From Camelus dromedarius (lineage: Eukaryota): a stretch of 64,000 nucleotides of DNA. The first letter of the stretch is position 1. Every line of letters starts with the position of its first letter. The notes beneath the pieces were generated by a model, which had not been told where the DNA came from, did no database searches, and saw nothing but the letters and a program-made list of their open reading frames with translations. Shown one piece after another: positions 1-12,657 of the stretch. The stretch covers positions 37,078,001 to 37,142,000 of the forward strand of contig NC_087436.1 in NCBI RefSeq assembly GCF_036321535.1, in the 5' to 3' direction. The position numbers and the translations under genes were made by a program.

Positions 1-840
1 AGAAAGATTAATGAAATAGACATCGATAGCCTACTAGATCAAGATTTCAAAAAAGGAGTGATCGAATTGCTGAAGGAATTAAAAGAGATAGTGTTTAGAG
101 ATATAAAATATGTCAAAAATGAAATTGAAGCTATAAAGAAGAGCCAAGTAGAATGGGTAAACTCATTGACAGAGATGAGGAATGATCTAATAGCTGTGCA
201 AAGCCGACTAGATAATGCAGAGGAACGAATTAGTGATCTAGAAGACAGGACAATAGAAAGCACCCATTCAGAAGAACTACAAGAGAAGCAAATAAAAAAT
301 AATGAAAATAGCATAAGGGACCTATGGGATAATATAAAGTGTCCCAATCTTCGCATAATAGGGGTCCCAGAAGGAGAAGAAAGATCAAAGGGGATTGAAA
401 AGGTTTTTGAAGAAATCATGACTGAAAACTTCCCAAACTTAAAGAAGGAATCAGATATCCAAGTACAGGAAGCTCAGAGGGTCCCAAACAGGAAGAACCC
501 AAATAGACCCACACCAAGGCATATCATAATCAAGATGGCCAGAGTCAAGGATAAAGAAATGATTCTAAAGGCAGCAAGAGAAAAGCAAAGAGTAAGTTAC
601 AAGGGAACCCCCATAAGGCTCTCAGCTGATTTCTCTACACAAACACTACAGGCCAGAAGGGAGTGGCAAGATATATTCAAATCCCTGAATGAAAAAAAGA
701 TGCAGCCTAGGATCCTTTATCCAGCAAGGCTATCCTTGAGGATAGAAGGAGAAATAAAGAGTTTCACAGACAAAAAAAAGCTGCAGGAGTTTAGCAACAC
801 TAAACCCATGCTAAAAGAAATATTGAAAGGGCTATTCTAA
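1..840 (+). CDS. L1 ORF1p (coiled coil, RRM, CTD), 5'-partial
   Basis: Frame 1 is open from base 1 to TAA at 838-840, with motifs NLRIIGVPEGEE, RPTPRHIIIKM, ARREW and YPARLS. The ORF-track start at 58 is an internal GTG. Confidence 0.95.
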   Translation, partial: RKINEIDIDSLLDQDFKKGVIELLKELKEIVFRDIKYVKNEIEAIKKSQVEWVNSLTEMRNDLIAVQSRLDNAEERISDLEDRTIESTHSEELQEKQIKNNENSIRDLWDNIKCPNLRIIGVPEGEERSKGIEKVFEEIMTENFPNLKKESDIQVQEAQRVPNRKNPNRPTPRHIIIKMARVKDKEMILKAAREKQRVSYKGTPIRLSADFSTQTLQARREWQDIFKSLNEKKMQPRILYPARLSLRIEGEIKSFTDKKKLQEFSNTKPMLKEILKGLF

Positions 841-1244
841 ATAGAAAAGCAGCAGGATGCTACAGAAATGAGAAACACACAACTGGAAAGGTGATAAATC
901 ATGAACTACAAATAAAGTAAACATGAAATTATAAAAGAAGACATACAAATCACTGAGAGTGGGAGAGGGAGGCAGGGAAATATAGAATATTTTTTTCTTT
1001 CTTTTTTAAATTTTTTTAACAGTAGGATGGGTTTGAGATCATGTTACTATCAGTTTAATAGAAACAGTTATAGTAATGGGTTGACAGATTTACAAAAAAG
1101 GGTAACCACAAGCCAAAAATTTACAAAGGAGTCACAAAAATTAAATAAAATCCATGATAATACAAAGGAAAATTACCAAACCACAAAAGGAAGAAGAAAG
1201 GAACAAAGAGGATATACCAATTCAACTGCAAAGATAAGTTCAAA

Positions 1245-4200
1245 ATGGCAGTAAACACACATCTATCATTAATTACTGTAAAAATTAATGGACTAAATGC
1301 TCCAGTCAAAAGACACAGAGTGGCAGACTGGATAATAAAGCAAGAACCTTCAATATGCTGCATACAAGGGACCCACTTTAGGGAGAAGGACACATATAGA
1401 CTGAGAGTGAAAGGATGGAAAAGGATATTCCATGCAAATGGAAAAGCCAAAAAAGCAGGTGTTGCAGTACTGATTTCAGACAAAATAGACTTTAAAGCAA
1501 AGGCCATAAAGAAAGATAAAGAAGGACATTTTATAATGATTAAAGGAGTGATACAAGATGAGGATATTACACTCGTTAATATATATGCACCCAATATAAG
1601 AGCACCTAAGTACATACAAGAATTACTAACAGAGATAAAGGGGGATATTGATGGGAATACAATCATAGTTGGAGATTTTAACACTGCATTAACATCACTA
1701 GACAGATCTTCCAGACAGAAAATAAACAAGGCAACAGAGAAATTAAATACTACAATAGAAAAACTAGATTTGGTGGATATTTTCAGAGCATTACACCCCC
1801 AAAAAATAGGATATACATTCTTTTCAAGTGCACATGGAACATTTTCCAGGATCGATCATGTACTTGGGCACAAAAGAAACCTCAACAATTTTAAGAAGAT
1901 AGAAATTATCTCAAGCGTCTTTACTGACCACAATGCCATGAAACTGGAAATCAACAACAGAGAAACAAAGGAGAAAAAAAGGAAAGCATGGAGATTAAAC
2001 AATATGTTATTGAAAAAACAATGGATCAATGAGGAAATCAAAGCTGAAATTAAAAAATACCTTGAGACAAATGATAATGAAAGCACAACCACTCAAAACC
2101 TATGGGACACAGCAAAGGCAGTGCTAAGAGGGAAGTTTATAGCAATACAGGCCTTCCTCAAAAAAGAAGAACAATCTCAAATAAACAATTTAACCGACCA
2201 CCTGAATGAATTAGAAAAAGAAGAACAAAAAGCCCCAAAAAGCAGCAGAAGCAGAAGGAAGGAAATAATAAAGATCAGAGAGGAATTAAATACAATAGAG
2301 ATTAACAAGACCATAGAAAAAATCAACCAAACCAAAAGCTGGTTTTTTGAAAAAGTAAATAAAATCGACAACCCTCTGGCCAAACTCACAAAGAAGAAAA
2401 AAGAGAGAGCACAAATTAGCAAAATAAGAAAGGAAAATGGAGAAATTACAACAAACAAAATAGAAATACAGAATATCATGCGAGAATATTATGAAAAACT
2501 ATATGGAACCAAACTGGATAACCTAGAGGAGATGGACAAGTTTCTGGAAACATACTGTCCACCAAAACTGAATCAAGAAGAATCTGAACACTTGAACAAT
2601 CCGATCACTAGAAAGGAAATAGAAATAGCAATTAAAAACCTCCCTACAAATAAAAGTCCAGGACCGGACGGCTTCACCGGGGAATTCTACCAAACATACA
2701 AAGAAGAACTCATACCAGTCCTTCTCAAACTCTTCCAGATGATTGAAAAGGAGGGAATACTCCCAAACTCATTCTATGAAGCCACCATCACCCTGATACC
2801 AAAACCAGGCAAAGACACTACAAAAAAAGAGAATTATAGGCCAATATCACTGATGAACATAGACGCCAAAATCCTCACCAAAATTTTAGCAAATAGAATC
2901 CAACAACACATAAAAAAGATTATACATCATGACCAAGTGGGGTTCATCCCAGGGACACAAGGCTGGTTCAACATACGCAAATCAATCAGTGTAATACATC
3001 ACATCAACAAGAGAAAGGACAAAAACCACACGATCATCTCAATCGATGCAGAAAAAGCATTTGATAAAATTCAACACCCATTTATGATAAAAACTCTCGC
3101 CAAAGTGGGTATAGAGGGAACATATCTCAACATAATAAAAGCTATATATGACAAACCTACAGCCAGCATAGTACTCAACGGTGAAAAACTCAAAAGCTTC
3201 CCACTAAAATCTGGGACAAGACAAGGATGCCCACTATCACCACTTCTATTCAACATAGTCCTGGAAGTCCTAGCCACAGCAGTCAGGCAAGAGAAAGAAA
3301 TAAAAGGGATCCAAATTGGAAAAGAAGAGGTAAAAGTGTCATTATATGCTGATGACATGTTACTATATATATAGAAAACCCTAAAAGGTCCACACAAAAG
3401 CTACTAGAGCTGATTGAAGAATTCAGCAAGGTAGCAGGTTACAAAATTAACGTTCAAAAATCAGTTGCATTTCTTTACACTAACGATAAATCAACAGAAG
3501 AAGAAAGTAAAGAAACAATCCCCTTTAAAATAGCACCCAAAGTAATAAAATATCTGGGAATAAATCTAACCAAGGAGGTGAAAGAATTATACACAGAAAA
3601 CTATTAACCATTGATGAAGGAAATTAAAGAAGACTTTAAAAAATGGAAAGATATTCCATGCTCTTGGATTGGAAGAATCAATATTGTTAAAATGGTAACA
3701 CTGCCCAAGGCAATCTACAGATTTAATGCAATCCCTATCCAATTACCCAGGACATATTTCACAGAACTAGAAAAAATCATAATAAAATTCATATGGAACC
3801 ATCAAAGACCTAGAATTGTCAAAGCATTACTGAAGAGAAAGAAAGAGGCTGGAGGAATAACTCTCCTAGACTTCAGACAATACTATAGAGTTACAGTCAT
3901 CAAGACAGCATGGTATTGGTACCAAAACAGACATATAGACCAATGGAACAGAATAGATAGCCCAGAAATGAACCCACAAACTTTTGGTCAACTCCTCTTT
4001 GACAAAGGAGGCAAGAATATACATTGGAATAAAGACAGTCTCTTCAGCAAATGGTGTTGGGAAAACTGGACAGCAGCATGTAAAACAATGAAGCTAGAAC
4101 ACTCCCTTACACCATATACAAAAATCAACTCAAAATGGATTAAAGACTTAAACATAAGACAAGATACAATAAACCTCCTAGAGGAAAACATAGGCAAAAC

Positions 4201-5050
4201 ATTATCTGACATACATTTAAAAAATTTTCTCCTAGAAGAAATAAAAGCAAGAATAAACAAATGGGACCTAATGAAACTTACAAGCTTCTGCACAGCAAAG
4301 GAAACCAGAAATAAAACAAGAAGAAAATCTACGGAATGGGAGAAAATTTTTGCAGGTGAAACCGACAAAGGCTTGATCTCCAGAATATATAAGCAGCTCA
4401 TACGACTCAATAAGAAAAAAATAAACAACCCAATCCAAAAATGCGCAGAAGACCTAAACAAGCAATTCTCCAAGGAAGACATACAAATGATCAAAAAGCA
4501 CATGAAAAAATGCTCAATATTACTAATTATCAGAGAAATGCAAATCAAAACTACAATGAGGTATCACCTCACACCAGTCAGAATGTCCATCATTCGAAAA
4601 TCCACAAATGACAAATGCTGGAGAGGCTGTGGAGAAAGGGGAACCCTCCTACACTGCTGGTGGGAATGCAGTTTGGTGCAGCCACTATGGAAAACAGTGT
4701 GGAGATTCCTCAAAAGACTAGGAATAGACTTACCATATGACCCAGGAATCCCACTCCTGGGCTTGTATCCAGAAGGAAATCTACTTCAGGATGACACCTG
4801 CACCCCAATGTTCATAGCAGCACTATTTACAATAGCCAAGACATGGAAACAGCCTAAATGTCCATCAACAGGTGACTGGATAAAGAAGAGGTGGTATATT
4901 TATACAATGGAATACTACTCAGCCATAAAAACCGACAACATAATGCCATTTGCAGCAACATGGATGCTCCTGGAGAATGTCATTCTAAGTGAAGTAAGCC
5001 AGAAAGAGAAAGAAAAATACCATATGAGATCGCTCATATGTGGAATCTAA
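1245..5050 (+). pseudogene. L1 ORF2p (APE endonuclease, reverse transcriptase, Cys-rich C-terminus), inactivated
   Basis: EN motifs (GDFNT, TDHN), RT motifs ([14 protein letters not shown]) and C-terminal CWRGC...HCWWEC. A +2 frameshift lies in a TA run at ~3365-3372, right after YADDMLLYI, and an in-frame TAA is at 3605-3607 ([12 protein letters not shown]). Confidence 0.95.
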
Positions 5051-5376
5051 AAAACAAAAACAAAAACAAACAAACAAAAACAAAGCGTAAATAAAGGACA
5101 GAAATAGACTCACAGACAGAGAATACAGACTTGTGGTTACCAGGGGGGTGGAGGGTGGGAAGGGATAGACTGGGATTTCAAAATTGTAGAATAGACTACA
5201 CTGTATAGCACAGGGAAATATACACAAAATGTTATGATAACTCACAGAGAAAAAAATGTGACAATGAGTGTGTATATGTCCATGAATAACTGAAAAATTG
5301 TGCTGAACACTGGAATTTGACACAACGTTGTAAAATGATTATAAATCAATAAAAAATGTTAAAAAAAAAAAGAAAG

Positions 5377-5480
5377 ATGACTGGATAAAGAAGTTGTGGT
5401 ATATATAGATAATGGAATACTACTCAGCCATAAAAAAGAATAAAACAATGCCACTTGCAGCAACAACAACAACAAAAAAG
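5377..5480 (+). mobile_element. Short second L1 ORF2 C-terminal fragment directly after the A-tail of the young L1
   Basis: Reads [28 protein letters not shown], similar to but diverged from 4873-4960, and ends in a (CAA)n/A tail. Confidence 0.8.
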
Positions 5481-5569
5481 TATGTGTATATGCAGGTAAG
5501 TGTCTCTGTTGTGTTTATGAAACTTAGATTGACTTACACCTCCTTGCTATTAAAACTAATCAAAATCAA

Positions 5570-6780
5570 AGCTTCTTACTTGGCTTTTCTGTACCACTTG
5601 ATATCATTTGTCTTCTTGTCTTGTTTCCTATGACTTTGGTGAACCTTCTTGAAATACTTTTTTCTCTTGATTTTAGTGACTTATAATTCTCCTGATTGTT
5701 CTACCTGTTTGGCCATGACTTTTCAATCCCTTTTGGGGATTCCTCTTCCTCAGTTCATCTATTAAGTGTCAGTGTTTTATGGGATTCTGTCCCAGAAAGT
5801 ACCTCCCTTTATATACTCTCCCTGGCTTTCCACTTATATGGTTTCAATTACCAGCTACCTGCTGATTACTGCCAAATGTATTGTACCAGGATTGCTCTCT
5901 TTTGGACTCTGCATGTCTCTAGAAATTCTATGGACATTTGAAATTCATTGTATCCACAACTGAACTCATTATCTTTCCTCCTAAGCTTGTTCTTCCTTAG
6001 ATTCCCTCTAGCGAATGGTAGCATCCCAGTAGCCAGTAAACCAGGGTGTCATTCTTGGCTCCTTTATCATCACACTCACTTCTTCTCATAAATCACGAAG
6101 TCCAGCTGAGACCACCTGCTAACCACCTACTCATTTGTCTTCTCTGACCCTATCGTCATGACCGTAATTGAGGTCACTGTCATCTTTTGCCTCAATTATT
6201 GTATCAGCTGCTAACTCAGCCTCCCAGTCTTGCCTTCCAGATCATTTTCCACGTTATATGTAATGCTTCTATAACATAAATCTAACCACACTGTTTCACA
6301 CATTGCCCTTCCTTGACTTCCATTGCTTGTAAGATAAATTCCAAACTCTGCACCATGGTTTACAATGCCTTTTATATTATGATCCCTGTTTACTTCCTCA
6401 GTCCCATCTGTGAACACTTCTGTCTTTACCCAATCTTCAACTTTACTGAATTATTTTCAGTTATTCAGATTCTCTCTGAATTCTCTCTTACCTGCAGGTA
6501 TTTGCAGTAGGATTTTCTCTGCCTGAAATACTTTCCCCTACATTGTCTGTCTGGCCAACTCCTATCCATTCTTCACAGTTCAGCTCAGAGAAGGGAAGAA
6601 GTCTTTGCTGAAAACCCAGAGTGTGCTGCTAGGGCATTCATAGCCTGCATTTAAAGTGGTCTGTTTGCATGGCTGTGTCTCTCACTCAGCTCCACCGGGA
6701 GAATGTTTTACCATTTTTTTATCCTTAGTACCTGAGCCTGAAACTTGGCAAGTACTTAGTAAATCCTGAATAAATGAGAG
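5570..6780 (+). mobile_element. Ancient LINE-2 (L2) 3' portion
   Basis: Pyrimidine-rich L2-like segments (actgaactcattatcttt, ccattgcttgtaagataaattccaaactc) ending in gaataaatga. Confidence 0.7.
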
Positions 6781-9462
6781 AACGTCAAGAGTAAGATAGG
6801 GGCATATTTACTGGGAGCCACAAGCCTACATTGTGTGACCCAGCAAAAGTATTCTTCAGTTACCTTTGCATCCATTCCTACCGTGCTCCAGGCACTGTTC
6901 AAAGCCACCTCCACACATTTCATTTTCCCAGCAACCCTGAGTAGATGAGGATTTTAATGCTTAAATAAATAGGGTAACTTGCCAAAGGCCAGACATTTTT
7001 AAATTTCATTCTTTTTCCTCTTTGGTAGGGGAGATGTGAGTGAGTGTTCACTGTGTCTAACAAGATAGATCACTATTCATATTTTGTATGAAAGTACCAC
7101 TAACATGATTATGATGGACTTAATAAACAAATAAATATCCTCTTTAAATTAGAAAATGTCATTTTATTTTAAATAGCCATACATCCTTGTTATGAAAAAG
7201 CTATTAAACAAGGTTATTTTCCAGAATCTTTGCCAACCGTGCATAAATTAAATAAAATTTCAATGAAACCACCCTCCTTCAAAATAGTTTCATAACCTTC
7301 TCAAGAAGGACAGATAATGTTTTCACCATATACAACCAAATGGAGGATACCAAACCAGCTGAGGTGAGGCAAAGCACCAGGTACCATCCAGCCAGGCTAT
7401 TGATTTAAGATGCATAAAGAAATTTGTTCAGAATTGGGAAATTTTACAGAATTCAAAAAAAAAAAAAACCCACAACATATTTAGCCATCCAAAATGTATT
7501 TCACAAGCTGCTCACTGCATTCTATTTTTCTACAAGAGATTAGTCAATATTTTGGTAATCAGGTTTTGAGAAGGCAGTTTGAAACTCTGCTTTTCACAGA
7601 GAAAGTGATCAGTGTATATGTTGATGAAGTGGTTTTAAATGGCAATACTTTGAGCTCTGTTCTGAAGGAACTACGAGCTAGTTGATTGACTTTATGTAAA
7701 AATAAATCCATGTCAATAAGCAGTGGAAAGAGTTACATAAAACTTAAGCCAGTGAATGTGTTAGAGTGGTGGGATATTTTCCCCCTTAATTTGACAGATA
7801 TGCTGTGTGTGCATAGATAGATAGAAACCAGGGACAGGTGCAAGGTCTGCCTAGCAACGTATGCCTGGGCAGCCTCAAATGTCTGGCTCACATCTACCTG
7901 AACTCTTAGAAAGCAGCCCTGTGGACCAGCAGTAGGTGGCTTCACTCTGACCACTCCCCTCAGGCTAGAATGTCTGTTTTGGCTCAAGACTTGTGACACC
8001 AGATAATGAGATTCTTTCTGTCCCAAAGTACAAAGCAAACTTGCTCATTTGATTAGCCCAAACTCTGTGAAAGCCCTGTGCACAGTAGCTCATGGTTGTG
8101 TCAGGGACTTGGGAGCTTTCAGCAGAGCCCAGGGATAGAAACAGGAATGCTGGGGGCTGAGTTCTCCACTACTCCCCACTGTGGGCGTCACACTGCTGGG
8201 AAAGAAACAGGGGAACAGCTGGAGCGAGGCAGGAACCTTGGCAGCAGAGCATGGTGTCAGAACCCGATTTGGCGAAGCAGAGTTCCGTCGGTAGTTACAT
8301 CAGGAGTTCCAGGTCCTTTTGAGCTGCCAAAAGAGAAAGACTGTGGGTGGGTGGGTAGAACAAAGAGGCAAAGGGAACAACACAAGCCTATTTCCAAGGA
8401 TGGGGTAGGTAATAAGCAATGGAGAAGATGTCCTCAGAGATGTGACATGTTAGTGGCCATTCTATATTTGTGTGGCAGGGGGAGGGGGTCACAATCTGTA
8501 CTGGGTGAATTACATATAAGGTAAGGTTGGTGTGGGTGAGGAGCTGTGTACCTGATACTAGTATTGAACCTTCAGTGACTCCAGATGGGCTTTGTTCATG
8601 GATGCACTCTGACTCCACATGAGAGGTTTAGAGACCAGTGCAGGGCTCCAGCATCTCTATGACTGGGCAGTCTTGGCACAAGAAGCAACCCATTAGAACT
8701 GCAAGGCGCTGGTATAACTTCTGGTCCAGAAGAGGGCTTCTTGAGTTTCAAGGAGACATGTTGTTAGAACCCCAGGAATCCAGGCTTGCCAAAGCAAAGT
8801 AGTCCAATTTACCAGATATGATCCCTTGAAAATAACATGTCTAAATATGAATGAGTGAACCTCCTGGTAGGAAGAATGAAATATTAATATTTGGTAGATT
8901 GGTTCCTTATTTGTAGTTCACTTAATAAAAATTTTGACCTCCCCTGGAGAACTGCCTCCCCTCTCTGCAGGCATCTTCCTCACTGCTCATTTCCCAAACC
9001 CTCCTCAGCAGTGGGCATGTTTGACCCTTCTGCCTTTGGTTCTAACCACTCACCTGCAGACCCTCATTCTTGGCAGCCCAATCACAAGCAACAGGTCCAA
9101 AAGAAATCAACTAGAAAGCCCCAAAATAAATGTTTATCTCAGTTTCATCTTACTGATCCCACCTCATTCTGTGTATTTGTATCAGTTTGACACATACAAT
9201 ATTAAGTTATAAATCTCCTTTCCATGTTCTGCCCTGTAATTTTTCTGCCATTTTTTTTTTTTGATATCTGAATCTGGTCTCTTTTTATGCAGAAAATAAA
9301 AATCCCTTTAATTTGGGGATGCATTTTTTATTATTTGGTATTCTATCTAGTGCATAAAGGGTGAACTGTGGATGATACAGATAGAGAATTAATACCAAGT
9401 GTTTTATTTCTTAGTACCAGAGATACTACCTGTGCAGTCAGACCTTTAAAACCCTTTTGTTG

Positions 9463-9583
9463 GGGGTGAGAGTAATAGCTCAGTGGTGAAGTGCCTGCTT
9501 GGCTGTGTGCGTGAGGTCCTTGGTTCAATTCCTAGTACTGCCATTAGAAAAAAAGATTAAAAGATGACTTCTTTACAAAGTAA
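9463..9583 (+). mobile_element. tRNA-Ala-derived camelid SINE (Vic-1-like)
   Basis: A-box tagctcagtggt, B-box ggttcaattcc, A-rich tail, and a perfect 16-bp TSD TAAAACCCTTTTGTTG at 9447-9462 and 9584-9599. Confidence 0.85.
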
Positions 9584-9675
9584 TAAAACCCTTTTGTTGA
9601 TTTATTAGATGCCTTTTATGTGTTCTTTGATTGTGACTCTCGGACAAGCTGTTTGATCTCTATCAACATAGTTTT

Positions 9676-12657
9676 TTTTTAGAGCAGTTTCAGGTTTACA
9701 GCAGAATTGAGCAGAAACTAAAGTTCCCACATAGCTCTCCCCACCCACACATATATACTCCCCTACCCTCAAGATCCCTCATCAGTGTGGCATATTTGGT
9801 CCAATCGATGAACCAACAGGGGCACATTATTATCAACCAAAGTCTATAGTTTACATTAAGGTTTACTCTTGATGTTGTACATTCTGTGGGTTTTGACAAA
9901 TGCATAATGACATGTAGCCACCACTGCAGTATCATACAGAATAATTTCATTGCCCTAAAAATTCCTTGTGCTCCATCTATTAATTCCTCTCTCCCTCCCT
10001 CTCTCCAAACCACCAGAAACCATGATCTTTTTATTGTTTCTGTAGCTGTGCCTTTTCCAGAATGTTATTTGGTTGGAATTGTACAGTTTGTAGCCTTTTC
10101 AAACTGGCTTCTTCCATTTAGTAATGTCTTTCAAGTTTCTTCTATGTCTTCCATGGCTTGACAGATCATTTTTTTTAATGCACATATATTTTTAAATTTA
10201 CATATATGTACTGTTCATTGTTTCTAAGGACATTTAGAGCTTTAGCTTTTTAAACATACATAGTTATCGAAGGAATAAAGCCAACCACAAAATAAGAATT
10301 AACTCAAAAAGATACACCCTGCTATTAACAGAAACATTATTTATAATTGCCAAGATATGGAAGCATCCTAAGTGCACATCAATAGTTGAATATATAATGG
10401 AGATGCAGCATATATATATAGTGGAATACAACTCACCCATAAAAAAGGATATTTTTACCATTTGCGGCCCTTCATTCACTTTTTTTTTCACTTCAAAAAC
10501 CAGAATTTTATAACTGGTAGAGACATTTCCATTACATCAAAAACAACAAAATACCTAGAAATAAACTTAACCAAGAAGGTTACCTATACTCTGAAAACTG
10601 AAGTGACACAAAGAAATGGAAAGATTTCTTGTGCTCTTGGATTGGAAGAATCAACACTATCAAAATTGCCACACTACCCAAAGCAATCCAAAGATTGAAT
10701 GCAACCCCCATCAACACTAGAACAAACAATTCCAAAATTTATAAGGAACCACGAAAGACCCTGAACAGCCGAAACAATCTTTTGTAGGTCTCTCTCTCTT
10801 TTTCTCTTTCTTCTTTTTGTTCTCTTTTCTTGTGGTTTGATGACTAGAGAAAGTCCTTTAACATTTGCTGTAAAGCTGGTTTGGTGGTGCTGAAATCTTT
10901 TAGCTTTTGTTTATCTGTGAAGCTTTTGATTTCTCCATCAAGTCTGAACGAGAGCCTTGCTGGATAGAGTATTCCTGGTTGTGAGTTTCCCCCTTGCATC
11001 ACTTTAAGTATTCGTGCCACTCCCTTCTGGCCTGTAGAGTTTCTGCTGAAAAATCAGCTGATAACCTTATGGGAGTTCCCTTGTATGTTATTCGTTGCTT
11101 TTCTCTTGCTAATTTTAATATTTTCTCCTTATCCTTAATTGTTGTCAATTTGATGACTATGTGCCTTGGTGTGTTCTTCTTTGAGTTGATTCTGTGTGGT
11201 ACTCTCTGAGCTTCCAGAACTTGAGTGACTATTTCCTTTCCCAAGTTGGGGAAGTTTTCAGTTACTACCTCTCTAAATATTTTCTCAGGTCCTTTCTCTC
11301 TTCTCTTTCTGGGACCTCTATAATGTGAATATTAGAGCACTTCATGTTGTCCCAGAGTTCTTTTAAACTATTCTCATTCCTTTTTATTCTTTTATCTTTT
11401 TTCTGTTCTGAAGTGGCAATTTCCACTAATCTGTCTTCTAGCTCACTGATCCGATCTTCTGCCTCATTTAGTCTGTTCTTGGTTCCTTCTAGTGTATTGT
11501 TCATTTCAGTGATTTTATTCTTCAACTGTGTTTGGGTATTCTTTATATTTTCCAACTCTTTGCTAAAATCTTCACTCTGTGATTCTATACTCCTCTTGAG
11601 TTCTCTGAACATCTTGGCCATCATTACTTTAAACTCTTTCTCAGATAAATTACCTATCTCCTCATCACTTATTTCTTCTGGAATTTTATCTTGTGGCTTG
11701 GCCTGGGAGATATTCCTTTGCTGCCTCATATCATGTATATTTTTATGTGTTTGTGGATTCTTCCACAGGCTTTGGGATTATTGTTTTCTTATTTCTAGTA
11801 TCTGCCCCTGGTAGATGAGGCTGGACTAGAGGCTTATGTAGGTTTCCTGGCAGGAGGAGCCAATGCCTGCCCACTGCTGGGTGAAGCTTGGTCTTGGACC
11901 TCTGATGGGTAGGGCTGTGTCTAGAGGCCTTTGTAGCTTAGAAAGTCTGCTGATGGATGTGGCTGTGTTCCCACCCTGTATGTTGTTTGGCCTGAGGCTT
12001 CCCTACAGGCTGTTGGGTGGGGCTCAGTCTTGGTGCTAACAATCCAAGATGTCAGCCTCCAGGAAAACTCACGTAGATTAACACTCCTGGAATGTCCGCC
12101 ACCAACTTTTATGACCCCTGAGTGAGTGGCAGCCGTCCCCCACGTTCCCAGGAGACCCTCCAAATGCAGCAGGCAGGTCTGGCCCAGGTTCCTATGAAAT
12201 CACTGCCTCTGCCCTTGGACCTGGTGCACATCAGTTTCTGTGTATGCTTCTCAAGTGAATGGAGTCTCCGTTTCCCCTATTCCCATGAGGCTCCCAGAGC
12301 TAAGCTCCCCCTGGCCTTCAAAACCAGATGTCCTGGGGTCTCATTCTCTTCCCAAAGCTCGTACCCAAGCTGGGGAGCCTGACGTGGGGCTTAGAGCTCT
12401 CACTCCTGTGGGCGGGCCTCTGCCACTTAACAGATCTTCAGCTCCTGGGTCGTCCACCCGGAGGGTATGGGGCCCAATTATATCGTGAGCTACTGTCCTG
12501 CTGTGGTTCCCTCTTTATGTTTCCAGTTGCAGAAGATCTTTTTTGCTAGACTCCAGTCTTTTCTCGATGGTTGTTTAGCATTCAGTTGTGGTTTCGTTGT
12601 AATCGTGAGGAGAGGCAAACTCGTGGTCCTACCACTTTGCCATCTTGACTGGAACTC
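9676..12657 (-). mobile_element. Composite ORF1-only (HAL1-like) L1 insertion: L1 5'UTR, ORF1, inverted ORF2 pieces, old L1 3'UTR, poly(A)
   Basis: Minus strand starts GAGGAGTTCCAGTCAAGATGGC (L1-type 5' end). ORF1 fragments at 11265-11729 and 10999-11244. Flanking 18-bp direct repeat CTCTATCAA(C/T)ATAGTTTT at 9658-9675 and 12658-12675. Confidence 0.75.
10845..11729 (-). pseudogene. L1 ORF1p with frameshifts
   Basis: MRQQRNISQAK...coiled coil...ENSLKELWDNMK; then QRVPHRINSKKNTPRHIVIKL, GTPIRLSADFSAETLQARREW; continues to a TAG near 10845. Confidence 0.85.

Larger units (their letters stand above)
1..5370 (+). mobile_element. Young LINE-1 (L1), cut at its 5' end by the window edge: ORF1, ~400-nt inter-ORF, disrupted ORF2, 3'UTR and A-tail
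   Basis: ORF1p and ORF2p translations are typical L1. G-rich 3'UTR, AATAAA at ~5348 and A-tail at ~5361-5371. Confidence 0.98.

Noticed and set aside
39..5323. Hydrophobic minus-strand ORFs (126, 202, 186 aa etc.)
   Set aside because: Antisense shadows of A-rich L1 coding sequence.
7780..8830. Possible degraded ERVL/MaLR internal sequence and the 148-aa ORF at 8078-8524
   Set aside because: Only faint similarity and no continuous pol motif recovered by eye. The ORF has a non-ATG start and no recognisable domain; a Dfam search is needed.
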